64,000 bases of DNA from Dehalococcoidia bacterium (GTDB lineage Bacteria > Chloroflexota > Dehalococcoidia > Plut-88900): assembly GCA_965207225.1 (NCBI GenBank), contig CBDBLV010000002.1, positions 288,001 through 352,000 on the forward strand, given 5' to 3'. Position numbers and translations under genes: made by a program. This document shows positions 20,983 to 30,059 of this stretch, in pieces. The first letter of the stretch is position 1, and every line of letters starts with the position of its first letter. Below the pieces are notes generated by a model. It saw only the letters and a program-made list of their open reading frames with translations. It did not search any database and was not told the origin of the DNA.

Positions 20983-22029
20983 CTAGCTCCTGAAGTGCGG
21001 CATTATCGAACGGCCCACTTCCTCAAGCATCCACTTCTTGTCGATGATGGTGTAGGTAGCCGTGGATACGGTCGTTACCCCGGCGTCGGCCATCTTCTGG
21101 ATTCCCTCGCAGATTTCATCGACTGACCCGATCAGGTGGATGCAGTCGATTACACGCTGAGTCATGTGCTGCGCGTAGGGGGCATCCATCTTTTCGAACC
21201 AGGGGTCGTATCCGTCCTCCCGGGTGAACTCGGCCCTGGCCGCGGCGTATCTCTCCATCTCCTCAGTTATCCCGGGGTTATCCCGTTCCAGATCATCGAA
21301 CAGCTTGATGATCTCGGTCTGTTTCTTATTTCGCTCACGAACGTGAATGCCGAAGGGCACATACCCCGAAATCTCTCTGTGGGCCTTCTGCTTGTCGTCC
21401 GTGACGTAGATGTAGGAGCGGACGCAGATGTCTATCTTTGTCGGGTCCCGGCCGGCCTTCTCGGCTCCCCGGTAGATGTGGTCAACTTTCCACTTGATAA
21501 GCGCAGGGGGCCCGCCCATGAAGTAGACACCGTCGGCAACCTCCCCGGCCAGCTGGAGGGACCGTGGCCCGTCTCCCGCCAAATACAAGGGCACCGGCCC
21601 CCGTATCCACTCGGAAATCATCCTCTGTCCCTTGTACTCCGCCTCCTCCCCGGCCATGAAACTCCTGACGAACATGGTCGCGTCTCTCAGGTCCTGGTGG
21701 GGGATGGGCTTCATAATCTTGCCGAAGGGTCCACCGGCGCCCAGTCCCAGGAACGCCCGACCCCCTGTCAGCTCGTTCAGGGTAGCGGCGGCGTTGGCCA
21801 AGGTGGAGGGGTGGTAGGTCTTGGGGTCCACCACTGCCTGCCCAATGCGGATGCGTCGGGTGCTCATGGCGGCGATGGCGCACATCATGTGGACTTCACG
21901 GGACAGGTACGGCTCGTCAACCAGGGTCATGTGGGAGAAACCGGCCTCGTCGGCGGTACGGGCCAGGTCGGCTATCTCGTCGATCCTCTCGTTGCGCCCC
22001 ATCCCCACCCCGAAGTTCACCTTGACCAT
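20983..22029 (-). CDS. LLM class flavin/F420-dependent oxidoreductase
   Basis: TRRIRIG, HPSTLANAAATLNELTGGRAFLGLGAG, PLYLAGDGPRSLQLAGEVADG. Confidence 0.92.
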   Translation of the reverse strand: MVKVNFGVGMGRNERIDEIADLARTADEAGFSHMTLVDEPYLSREVHMMCAIAAMSTRRIRIGQAVVDPKTYHPSTLANAAATLNELTGGRAFLGLGAGGPFGKIMKPIPHQDLRDATMFVRSFMAGEEAEYKGQRMISEWIRGPVPLYLAGDGPRSLQLAGEVADGVYFMGGPPALIKWKVDHIYRGAEKAGRDPTKIDICVRSYIYVTDDKQKAHREISGYVPFGIHVRERNKKQTEIIKLFDDLERDNPGITEEMERYAAARAEFTREDGYDPWFEKMDAPYAQHMTQRVIDCIHLIGSVDEICEGIQKMADAGVTTVSTATYTIIDKKWMLEEVGRSIMPHFRS

Positions 22030-22117
22030 ACCAGCACTCCAGTTGATCCTTCCGACGTGTGTAAAGGCCTATGCTATCTCGTGCCGACTTCTCACCGCAT
22101 CGACATCGCAGGCCGAA

Positions 22118-23266
22118 CTAAGATGCAAGCCCGTACAGCTTCACCGCGCTCTCTCCAATGATCTGTCTCTGGTCTTCATCGGAGAGATTGCCGATGGTCT
22201 CCCTGAGCTCTGCGAGCGGGTCGGTGTGGCCTTCTCCGTGGGGGTAGTCGGAACCCCAGACCAGCCTGTCGGCACCCAGCATCTGGGCGGTGAAGGCGAA
22301 GGCCTTTTCGTCGGGCTCTCCCGAAATCCAGCACTGCCGCTTGAAGTATTCGCTGGGCAGCATGTCGACATCCGGCTCCCGTGACATGGCCGCGTCCATG
22401 GCATCCAGCCATGCCGGCATCCAGCCGCAATGGGCCTCCACGACGCCCAGCTTCAGGTTTGGGAAACGATCGAACACGCCTCCGTGGATGAACGTGGTGA
22501 AGGCCAGCTGGCAGTCCAGCTTTTGCATGAGCCCGTACCAAAACCCGTTGCTGGTGAATGTGGCTTTATACAGGTCGTGCCCAGTGTACCTGGGGGTGCT
22601 GCTTACGTGAATCCCTATGGGCAGGTCGAGGTCATGGGCCTCGGCCCAGAAGGGGTCGTAGTATTTTTCTCCGTAGGGGACCCCGTTTACGGGTGGATTG
22701 GGGAACATGTAGATGCCCCTGGCCCCGAGCTTTGCCGTCCGCCTGGCTTCCTCGACGCCGTATTCGACTTCCATGAGCGAGATCATGGCGATGGGTATCA
22801 ACCGACCAGGATAGGGTTTGCAAAAGTCGATGATCCAGTCGTTGTACACCCGACAGTAGGCCGCCGCGAGGCCCGCATCCCCGCACTCAGTCTGCCAGTT
22901 GAGTCCCAGGGACGGGTACAGGAAGGCCATGTCGATGCCGTGTTCGTCCATCCACTCTATCCGGGCGTGAGGGTCCCGGGACCCGGGGCTCCGGCAGTCC
23001 TCCCAGTTCAAAAACTCCGGGTTGTGCTCCTGCCTTCTCCACGCCACCCCCTCATCCAGGCTGCCGAGAAACCCCAGCGCACCGTCAAGCACCTGCGACC
23101 GGTTTCCATCAATCTCCAGAAAGTCGAGCCCGTCGTCACCCCTGACAACCTGCATAGCCCTGTCCCGGTACCGGGGTTCGAGGTTTTCGCTCCAGAGGTC
23201 TCCGGGCTCCATGATGTGGCCGTCCGCGTCCGCAACCACTCCGTTGAATTTGCCGTTGGTAGTCAT
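22118..23266 (-). CDS. Amidohydrolase family 2 protein
   Basis: DADGH, YNDW, GIH, WGSDYPH. Confidence 0.92.
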   Translation of the reverse strand: MTTNGKFNGVVADADGHIMEPGDLWSENLEPRYRDRAMQVVRGDDGLDFLEIDGNRSQVLDGALGFLGSLDEGVAWRRQEHNPEFLNWEDCRSPGSRDPHARIEWMDEHGIDMAFLYPSLGLNWQTECGDAGLAAAYCRVYNDWIIDFCKPYPGRLIPIAMISLMEVEYGVEEARRTAKLGARGIYMFPNPPVNGVPYGEKYYDPFWAEAHDLDLPIGIHVSSTPRYTGHDLYKATFTSNGFWYGLMQKLDCQLAFTTFIHGGVFDRFPNLKLGVVEAHCGWMPAWLDAMDAAMSREPDVDMLPSEYFKRQCWISGEPDEKAFAFTAQMLGADRLVWGSDYPHGEGHTDPLAELRETIGNLSDEDQRQIIGESAVKLYGLAS

Positions 23267-23412
23267 GTCTCGGGCCTCCCTTCTTAAATCCGTGCTCCCT
23301 AGTCCGCCAAGCCTGGCTACTGACGAGGGCCTGCAGCAACCGATTCAAACCCGCACTCAACTCAATGCGGATGACTTTATCATGTAGTGACTGTTATGTT
23401 GCAGGCCCGACC

Positions 23413-24750
23413 CTATTTCCCGATGCAGAAACGGGAAAAGATCGTGTGGAGCAGGTCTTCCGTAACCGTTTCTCCGGTGATCTCTCCCAAGCAGTTCAGC
23501 GCCGCGGTCAGGTCTATGGTCACGAAGTCGTCGGCGATCCCTTCCACCAGGGCCTTCTCCGCGGACGCCAGATGCGCCGCCGCCGACTCCAGCGCAGCCT
23601 TTTGTCGGGCGTTAGATATCAGCGCCTCCCCCGATCTCACACCCTGCCCGTTTAGTGCTGCCTCCACCATACGCTCTTTGAGAGAATCCAGACCCTCGCC
23701 GGTTACCATCGATGTGCGGACCGCTCTCTCAGGCAGTGCCCCGGCCCCGATCCCTCCAGGCAGGTCCGACTTGTTCGCCACCATCACCGCTCTCTCGCCA
23801 TTAGCCCGGCCGATCAACTCGGCATCCTCCTCGGTGAGGGGTTGGCTGGAATCCAGCACCAGGACCACGAGGTCGGCGCCAAGCAGGGCCTGACGGCTCC
23901 TCTCAATGCCGAGGTTCTCTACCGGGTCCGAGGTCTCGGTCAGGCCTGCAGTGTCCACCAGCACGAAGGGGATGCCCTGGATGTTGGCCACTTCCTCCAC
24001 GGTGTCCCGGGTCGTCCCTGCAACCGGCGTGACTATAGCCCTGTCGTGTTCCAGGAGGCGGTTCAGCAAACTGGACTTGCCGACGTTCGGCCGACCCACT
24101 ATCGCTACCCTCACGCCGTGTCGGAAGACGATTCCTGCGTCCGCGGAGCTTATCAGGTCAATGAGGGTTGCATGTGATTTGCGAATTGCCGGAAGCGGGT
24201 CTTCTACGGGTACGTCGTCCTCCGGAAAATCGATGCGGGCTGTCAGATAGGCAAGCACTTCCAGGATAGTCGTGCGTATCTTTTTCACTCGCACCGAAAG
24301 CCCACCCTGGAGCCCGTTCATTGCCACCCTTAGCCCCGCGTCAGTCTTCGCCTCGATGACGTCCCGGACGGCTTCAGCCTGCGAGAGGTCTATCCGGCCG
24401 TTTAGGAAGGCTCGCAGGGTGAACTCCCCCGGGCCCGCCGCCCGGGCCCCACAGCGCAGCAACGCCCCCAAAACCGCCTTCAGAGACACCACCCCCCCGT
24501 GCCCGTAGATCTCCACTGTGTCTTCGCAGGTGTAGCTGTTTGGCGCCAGCATGCAAGTCGCCATCACCTCGTCCACCACAGCTCCGTCTTCTGGGTCGAC
24601 CACCCGCCCCCGGCTTAGGTGACGGTGCCTGAGCTTCCCAGAAAACACCTTGGAGGCAATGGCGAGGGCCTCGGGCCCTGACACCCGAACCACCCCTATG
24701 GCCCCCTCACCTATTGGAGTGGATATGGCGGCTATGGTGTCGTCGTACAA
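23413..24750 (-). CDS. mnmE: tRNA modification GTPase MnmE
   Basis: DTIAAISTP, GEFTLRAFLNG, GRPNVGKSS, GTTRD, DTAG, FSRFCIGK. Confidence 0.98.
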   Translation of the reverse strand: MYDDTIAAISTPIGEGAIGVVRVSGPEALAIASKVFSGKLRHRHLSRGRVVDPEDGAVVDEVMATCMLAPNSYTCEDTVEIYGHGGVVSLKAVLGALLRCGARAAGPGEFTLRAFLNGRIDLSQAEAVRDVIEAKTDAGLRVAMNGLQGGLSVRVKKIRTTILEVLAYLTARIDFPEDDVPVEDPLPAIRKSHATLIDLISSADAGIVFRHGVRVAIVGRPNVGKSSLLNRLLEHDRAIVTPVAGTTRDTVEEVANIQGIPFVLVDTAGLTETSDPVENLGIERSRQALLGADLVVLVLDSSQPLTEEDAELIGRANGERAVMVANKSDLPGGIGAGALPERAVRTSMVTGEGLDSLKERMVEAALNGQGVRSGEALISNARQKAALESAAAHLASAEKALVEGIADDFVTIDLTAALNCLGEITGETVTEDLLHTIFSRFCIGK

Positions 24751-24842
24751 GTCTCCCTCCCCCCAGGCAATTATATGCCACGCTGCGCCAAGCCCCCTAC
24801 CTTATTGGTCGGCTATACTGACCTCCGACAAGGAAGCCACCG

Positions 24843-25526
24843 TTGCAAAGACTAATCCTCTTCGACGTAGACCAGACCCTCCTGAGCACCAGGGGTGGTG
24901 ACCGTAAGGCCCTGAATACGGCTTTTCGCGAAATGTATGGAATCGACAACGCCTTTGAAGGAGTGGGATTCGGGGGTCGGATGGACCTTTCGATCATGGC
25001 CGAGGTCTATCGCATCAGTGGAGTTCCGGAAGGGGACAGAAGGGTCGATGAATTCAAGGTGCTGTATTTCAAACATCTGACAGAGATCCTGCCGAAATGG
25101 GATAGCGGGATCGTTTATCCGGGAGTCAGAGAGTTGCTCGGGGCCTTGGAGTCGGAGTCCGGTGTACAAATAGGGCTGGCGACAGGAAACTTCCGCGAGG
25201 CCGCATTTATCAAATTGCAGAGATACGGGCTGGACGGCTTCTTCGAGGAGGGCGGATTCGGTGGAGACCACCCGGAGCGCGCTGCAGTGGTCGCCGACGC
25301 CATAGCCAAATGCCAGGCACTGTCAGGCAATGAATACCAACGAAACGAAATCTTCGTAATTGGGGACTCAATTTCCGATGTTGAGGCGGGTCGGGCGAAC
25401 GGGATCAAAACGGTGGCAGTGACGACGGGTCACTATGACACTGTAAAGCTAGAGTCCCTGGGCCCTACCCACGTCTTCAAAGATCTGTCTGATACCGATA
25501 CAGTTCTTAAGGCGTTGTTGGGCTAA
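24843..25526 (+). CDS. HAD-family hydrolase (paralog 1)
   Basis: FDVDQTL, ATGN, K, IGDSISD motifs; TTG start. Confidence 0.92.
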   Translation: MQRLILFDVDQTLLSTRGGDRKALNTAFREMYGIDNAFEGVGFGGRMDLSIMAEVYRISGVPEGDRRVDEFKVLYFKHLTEILPKWDSGIVYPGVRELLGALESESGVQIGLATGNFREAAFIKLQRYGLDGFFEEGGFGGDHPERAAVVADAIAKCQALSGNEYQRNEIFVIGDSISDVEAGRANGIKTVAVTTGHYDTVKLESLGPTHVFKDLSDTDTVLKALLG

Positions 25527-25545
25527 GTGCCCCGGAAACCCTGGA

Positions 25546-26241
25546 TTGCAGAGACTCATCCTCTTCGACGTAGACCTGACCCTCGTCACCCTAACTGGTT
25601 GTAACCTCCTAGCGTTGAACAGCGCCTTTGAGGAGGTCCACGGAATCCCCGACGCTTTCCAAGACGTGGTCTTTGGGGGCGGCCTCGACCTTCCCCTGAT
25701 GACCGAGATGTACAAGAAATGGGGCATTACGAAGGGTGATTCCATCGGAGCCCCTGACCTGTCCGCTTTCAAGACCGTGTATTTCGAAGAACTCGGTGAT
25801 GGCTTGGAGGACTGGTCGGAAGGCTATATGTGCCCCGGGGCCCGGGACCTATTGGAAGCCTTGTCAAAAGAGCCTGGGGTGCAGCTTGGCCTCGAAACGG
25901 GAAATTTCCGCGAGGCAGCGTTTCTGAAGCTGAGGAAATTCGGTCTGGACGTTTTCTTCGAAGAAGGGGGGTTCGGTGGCGACTGGATGACCCGTATGGA
26001 AGTCGTTGCCGACGCCATAGCAAAGTGCCAAACCCTCTCAGGCAGGGTCTACGACCATCGAGAAATCTTCCTAATCGGTGACTCGCCTTCCGACGTGGAG
26101 GCGGGCAAGGCCAACGGCATCAACACCGTGGCAGTTGCAACCGGACTCAGAGATCTGGAATCGTTACAAGCCCTCAACCCGACCCACGTTTTCGAAGACC
26201 TGTCGGATACAGGGAGGGTGCTGGGGGTCCTGCTCGGCTGA
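25546..26241 (+). CDS. HAD-family hydrolase (paralog 2, tandem duplicate)
   Basis: FDVDLTL, ETGN, IGDSPSD; co-linear with the upstream gene. Confidence 0.92.
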   Translation: MQRLILFDVDLTLVTLTGCNLLALNSAFEEVHGIPDAFQDVVFGGGLDLPLMTEMYKKWGITKGDSIGAPDLSAFKTVYFEELGDGLEDWSEGYMCPGARDLLEALSKEPGVQLGLETGNFREAAFLKLRKFGLDVFFEEGGFGGDWMTRMEVVADAIAKCQTLSGRVYDHREIFLIGDSPSDVEAGKANGINTVAVATGLRDLESLQALNPTHVFEDLSDTGRVLGVLLG

Positions 26242-26245
26242 CCGC

Positions 26246-27712
26246 CTATGCTGAAGACAGCGAGGCCTGGTGCATGTGGTACCCCACGAACTTTGCCAGG
26301 GCTCGGCAAGCCCGGCGCAGATCGGTGTAGGTAAGAAGGCCCGCTTCGGAGAATTCTTCCCGCAGCTTCCGGTAGTCCATCTTTATGCGCGGGTCACGGA
26401 TGCGCACCGGCAGCAGGATAACCACCGGCTTTCCGTTGGAGTGATTCCGGGCAATATCCGCGAAGTCCGCGGCCACGGCCTTCTCCGGATCCGACGTTAC
26501 GTCGGCGTACTCGTTGAGGCTGGGAATCATCAGAAGGACGTCGATAGCTGGGTCGGAGGTGACGAGTTCTGCGGCCTGCTGCTGCTTCTCCCTAACGTTA
26601 GCCATGAATGACAGGTCTACCGGGTTGCGGACGCTGTTTCCCGCGTCGGGGATGAAGTCCCGGAGTCGGGCGCTGGTCTCGTCGGAAAGGACAGCCATGT
26701 CGAGATCTTCCTGGGAACAGATGTCGGAGGCCGCAACGCTGTTGCCCCCACCGCTCCCGATCATGGCCATTCGGTTGCTTCGCGGGACGGGGAGGTGCGC
26801 AAAGGCCTGCATCACGTCAACCACTTCTTCGACCGACCCTGCCCGCACCGCGCCCGTCTGCCGAAAGAAGGCGTCCCAGATGGCGCTCTGCCCGGCCAAC
26901 GACCCCGTGTGAGACGCCGCCGCCCTGGACCCCGACTCGCTCAGGCCGCCCTTCCAGATTATCACCGGCTTCCGTGGATTGATCTCCCTGACCAGCTTCA
27001 GCAGCTTCGGCCCGTTCCTCACACCCTCTATGTACATCCCTATCGACGTTGTGTTGTCGTCCTGACCCAGGAATTCCAGGTAGTCGGGGCTTTCCAGCAC
27101 CAGGGCGTTTCCGAAGCTGATCACCTTGCTGACGCCTATGCCGACGTCCTCGGCCCGGAAGATGAAGTCCATGGCATGACCACCGCTCTGGGCAACAAAG
27201 GCCGACCCTCCGGATTTGTTGCTGATGTCGCCGATAGTGGAGAAGTTGGCCTTCGGTGAGTGGACCCCCAAGCAGTTAGGCCCGACCACCCGGATCCCGT
27301 TCCGGGTCGCGACTTCACGAACGACATTTTCCATCTCTCGGCCTTCGGGCGTGTCTGTTTCGGAGAAGCCGGACGTGAAGACGTGGATGTTGAGCGCCCC
27401 CACCGAGGCGCAGTCTTCCAGGACTCGGGCGAGGACCCGCGCCGGGACGGAGACGGTAACCATGTCGGGCACTTCGGGTAAGGCTGAGACGGAGGGGTAA
27501 CACTTGAGCCCTAGTATCTCGTCGGCCTTTGGGTTTACGGGATAGATCCGGCCCGGATATCCGAGCTTCAGCAGGTAGGGGATGAATTGCCCGGAGGGAT
27601 TGCTCCAGTTGGCGTTCTCCGCCTGGGAGACCCGGGATGCGCCGACCACCGCCACCGACTTGGGATTGAAAGCCTTGGCGAATTCAGAACCGAGGGGAGT
27701 TATCGCTTGAAT
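26246..27712 (-). CDS. CoA-binding protein / acyl-CoA ligase (ADP-forming) alpha subunit; start uncertain
   Basis: FNPKSVAVVGAS, YPVNP, GPNCLG, QSGG, SHTGSLAG (phospho-His), NPVD. The conserved FNPKS lies upstream of the track's GTG (27655); start placed at in-frame ATT. Confidence 0.85.
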   Translation of the reverse strand: MQAITPLGSEFAKAFNPKSVAVVGASRVSQAENANWSNPSGQFIPYLLKLGYPGRIYPVNPKADEILGLKCYPSVSALPEVPDMVTVSVPARVLARVLEDCASVGALNIHVFTSGFSETDTPEGREMENVVREVATRNGIRVVGPNCLGVHSPKANFSTIGDISNKSGGSAFVAQSGGHAMDFIFRAEDVGIGVSKVISFGNALVLESPDYLEFLGQDDNTTSIGMYIEGVRNGPKLLKLVREINPRKPVIIWKGGLSESGSRAAASHTGSLAGQSAIWDAFFRQTGAVRAGSVEEVVDVMQAFAHLPVPRSNRMAMIGSGGGNSVAASDICSQEDLDMAVLSDETSARLRDFIPDAGNSVRNPVDLSFMANVREKQQQAAELVTSDPAIDVLLMIPSLNEYADVTSDPEKAVAADFADIARNHSNGKPVVILLPVRIRDPRIKMDYRKLREEFSEAGLLTYTDLRRACRALAKFVGYHMHQASLSSA

Positions 27713-27934
27713 GAGTCCAGGTCCTTGTCCGAGTCGGTCTGCCCGGCAAGGGGCACGGGCCGGGGCCCATTATAGCCGCCTGCGAAGTGGGTCTCAAGGC
27801 GCACTCCACTGGTAGCCTTTCTCCCGGTTGCGGTATACTCACGCTGCATCGCCTCGCACCTGACAAACATCCCAGCGAGGCCCCAGGAGCGCCACATAAA
27901 CATCGATATCACCGGAAACCACCTCAGACCCCGC

Positions 27935-28447
27935 GTGGCCATTTTCATCGACGGAAGCAACCTATATCACGCCCTGGAAGAGAACTGCAGCCGTACCGAC
28001 CTCAACTTCCCGAGGTTCGTTAACAAGCTGCTCCGAGGCCGCCAGTTGCTAAGGACCTATTACTACAACATCCTGCAGGACAGCCGGCGCAAACCTCAGG
28101 CTTTTGGCCAACAGCAAAAGTTCCTCACCATCCTGCACAATACGCCCTACCTGGAGGTCAAGCTGGGTCGAGCCGCGATTCGCAAGGGAGTCGCAGTGGA
28201 AAAGGGCGTTGACATTATGCTCGCCACCGACATGCTTCAGCTTGCATGGAAAGACATGTACGATACCGGCATCCTAGTAAGCGGCGACGCCGGCTTCGCC
28301 TACGCCGCCCAAACCGTAAAGGACATGGGCCAGTTCATCGAGGTGGCATGCTTCGAAGCCAACCAGTCAAAGGACCTCCTCGAAGTGTCCGACTCAATGA
28401 TCGAATTCACACCCGAGTTTTTCGAAGGAATCTGGGCCAACAACTGA
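27935..28447 (+). CDS. NYN domain (LabA/DUF88) protein; start possibly ATA at 27896
   Basis: AIFIDGSN, EKGVDIMLATD, LVSGD motifs. Confidence 0.92.
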   Translation: MAIFIDGSNLYHALEENCSRTDLNFPRFVNKLLRGRQLLRTYYYNILQDSRRKPQAFGQQQKFLTILHNTPYLEVKLGRAAIRKGVAVEKGVDIMLATDMLQLAWKDMYDTGILVSGDAGFAYAAQTVKDMGQFIEVACFEANQSKDLLEVSDSMIEFTPEFFEGIWANN

Positions 28448-28534
28448 GCCCCGAGGGCCATATATTCCCGTTGCACACTCAACCAACAACCGGATTACGA
28501 GCAGGGACTGGCAGCGCTGTCATAGGAACGCTCA

Positions 28535-28867
28535 GTGTATCTTGACGGCCTCGAAATAGCCGGACTTGGCGCTGGGATGGTGTTCCTGGCCCTGGTGGTC
28601 ATGCTCGTGTCGACCCTAGTGCTCCGCCTCGTAATCGATAGGATTGACAAGCTCCGAGCGGCGAGAGTAACCGCTGCAGCCCCACCCCCCACCCCGATTG
28701 AAGAGCCGCCGGCAGCCTTTTCGCCCGCAACCCCCGTGGACTCCCCTTCCGTCGCACCCGAATCCACCACGTCCACCGCCAAGGACAAGGCTGCACGAGC
28801 CGCCGCCATCGCCGTAGCCCTTTACCTTACCGAGGAGGAAGAAGCCGAAGGTCGTACCGACCGGTAA
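28535..28867 (+). CDS. OadG-family Na+-decarboxylase gamma/delta subunit
   Basis: GMVFLALVVML TM segment, Pro/Ala linker, AAAIAVAL; precedes the beta subunit. Confidence 0.8.
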   Translation: MYLDGLEIAGLGAGMVFLALVVMLVSTLVLRLVIDRIDKLRAARVTAAAPPPTPIEEPPAAFSPATPVDSPSVAPESTTSTAKDKAARAAAIAVALYLTEEEEAEGRTDR

Positions 28868-28882
28868 GGCGTTGATCTGGAC

Positions 28883-30022
28883 ATGCTTGTAGAGGAGCTT
28901 TTCGAAGGATTTATCGGGCTGGACTGGCGTGACGTGGTGATGATTCTGGTGGGCGGAGCGCTCATCTATCTCGCCATCAAGCACAAGTTCGAGCCACTGC
29001 TCCTCCTTCCCATCGGCCTCGGGGCCATGGTCACCAACCTGCCTCTCGGAGGCCTCACCGACGAGCACGGTTTATTTGGAGTGCTCCGGAGCGCAGGGCT
29101 GGACAATGAGCTGTTCCCCTTACTGATGTTCCTTGGTCTTGGAGCACTCACCGACTTCACCCCCCTCCTTCAACGCCCCACTACCATGCTGCTTGGGGCT
29201 GCGGCCCAAGCCGGCATCTTCGTCAGCCTGATGGCCGCAATTGCCCTAGACTTTTCGCTCAGGGAGTCGGGCTCCATAGCCATCATAGGCTCGGCGGACG
29301 GTCCGACCACCATCTTCGTCGCCAGCCAGCTCTGCCCCGACACCGACACCTGCCCGAACGAGGTACTGGGCCCGGTCGTTGTCGCCGCCTACTCCTACAT
29401 GGCCATGGTGCCTATAATCCAGCCTCCCATCATGAAGCTGCTCACCACCAAGGCCGAGCGCAGCATCCCCATGGAGTACACCGACCGGCCGGTACCCAAG
29501 CTGCTGAAGGTGCTGTTTCCTATCCTGGTACTCATAGTAGGCGGCTTGCTGGCGACCAAGGCCATCCCACTGCTCGCCATGTTCATGTTCGGCAACCTGA
29601 TGCGGGAGTCGGGGGTTGTAGACAGGTTGTCCAATACGGCCCAGAACTCGCTCATCAACATCGTCACCATATTCCTGGGCCTGGTCATCGGCTCCACCAT
29701 GACCGGCGAGAGCTTCCTGGACCTGGAGACCCTCAAGATATTGGGTCTCGGCCTCGGGGCTTTCATAATCGGCACAGCTTCCGGGGTTCTTTTCGGCAAG
29801 ATCATGATGGTGCTGTCCGGCAGGAAGATAAATCCGCTGATAGGGGCGGCGGGGGTGTCGGCCGTGCCCATGGCGGCAAGGGTGGTGCAGCGAGTTGGCC
29901 AGAGCGAACGCCCCAACAATTTCCTGATAATGCATGCGATGGGCCCCAACGTGGCCGGCGTCATCGGATCGGCCCTCGCCGGAGGGGTCATCCTCTCCCG
30001 GGTCCCTGCCCTCGCCGGCTAG
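28883..30022 (+). CDS. oadB: Sodium ion-translocating decarboxylase subunit beta
   Basis: FEPLLLLPIG, IIGSADGPT, AAYSYMAMVP, GAAGVSAVPMAARV, HAMGPNVAGVIGS. Confidence 0.95.
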   Translation: MLVEELFEGFIGLDWRDVVMILVGGALIYLAIKHKFEPLLLLPIGLGAMVTNLPLGGLTDEHGLFGVLRSAGLDNELFPLLMFLGLGALTDFTPLLQRPTTMLLGAAAQAGIFVSLMAAIALDFSLRESGSIAIIGSADGPTTIFVASQLCPDTDTCPNEVLGPVVVAAYSYMAMVPIIQPPIMKLLTTKAERSIPMEYTDRPVPKLLKVLFPILVLIVGGLLATKAIPLLAMFMFGNLMRESGVVDRLSNTAQNSLINIVTIFLGLVIGSTMTGESFLDLETLKILGLGLGAFIIGTASGVLFGKIMMVLSGRKINPLIGAAGVSAVPMAARVVQRVGQSERPNNFLIMHAMGPNVAGVIGSALAGGVILSRVPALAG

Positions 30023-30059
30023 AACCCCAAGTCCTCGGCCCTCGCATCGGAGGTGAAAC

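Noticed and set aside
27935-28447. NYN protein as a toxin or defence system
   Set aside because: It has host-like composition and no antitoxin or defence neighbours; it looks like an ordinary LabA/DUF88 protein.
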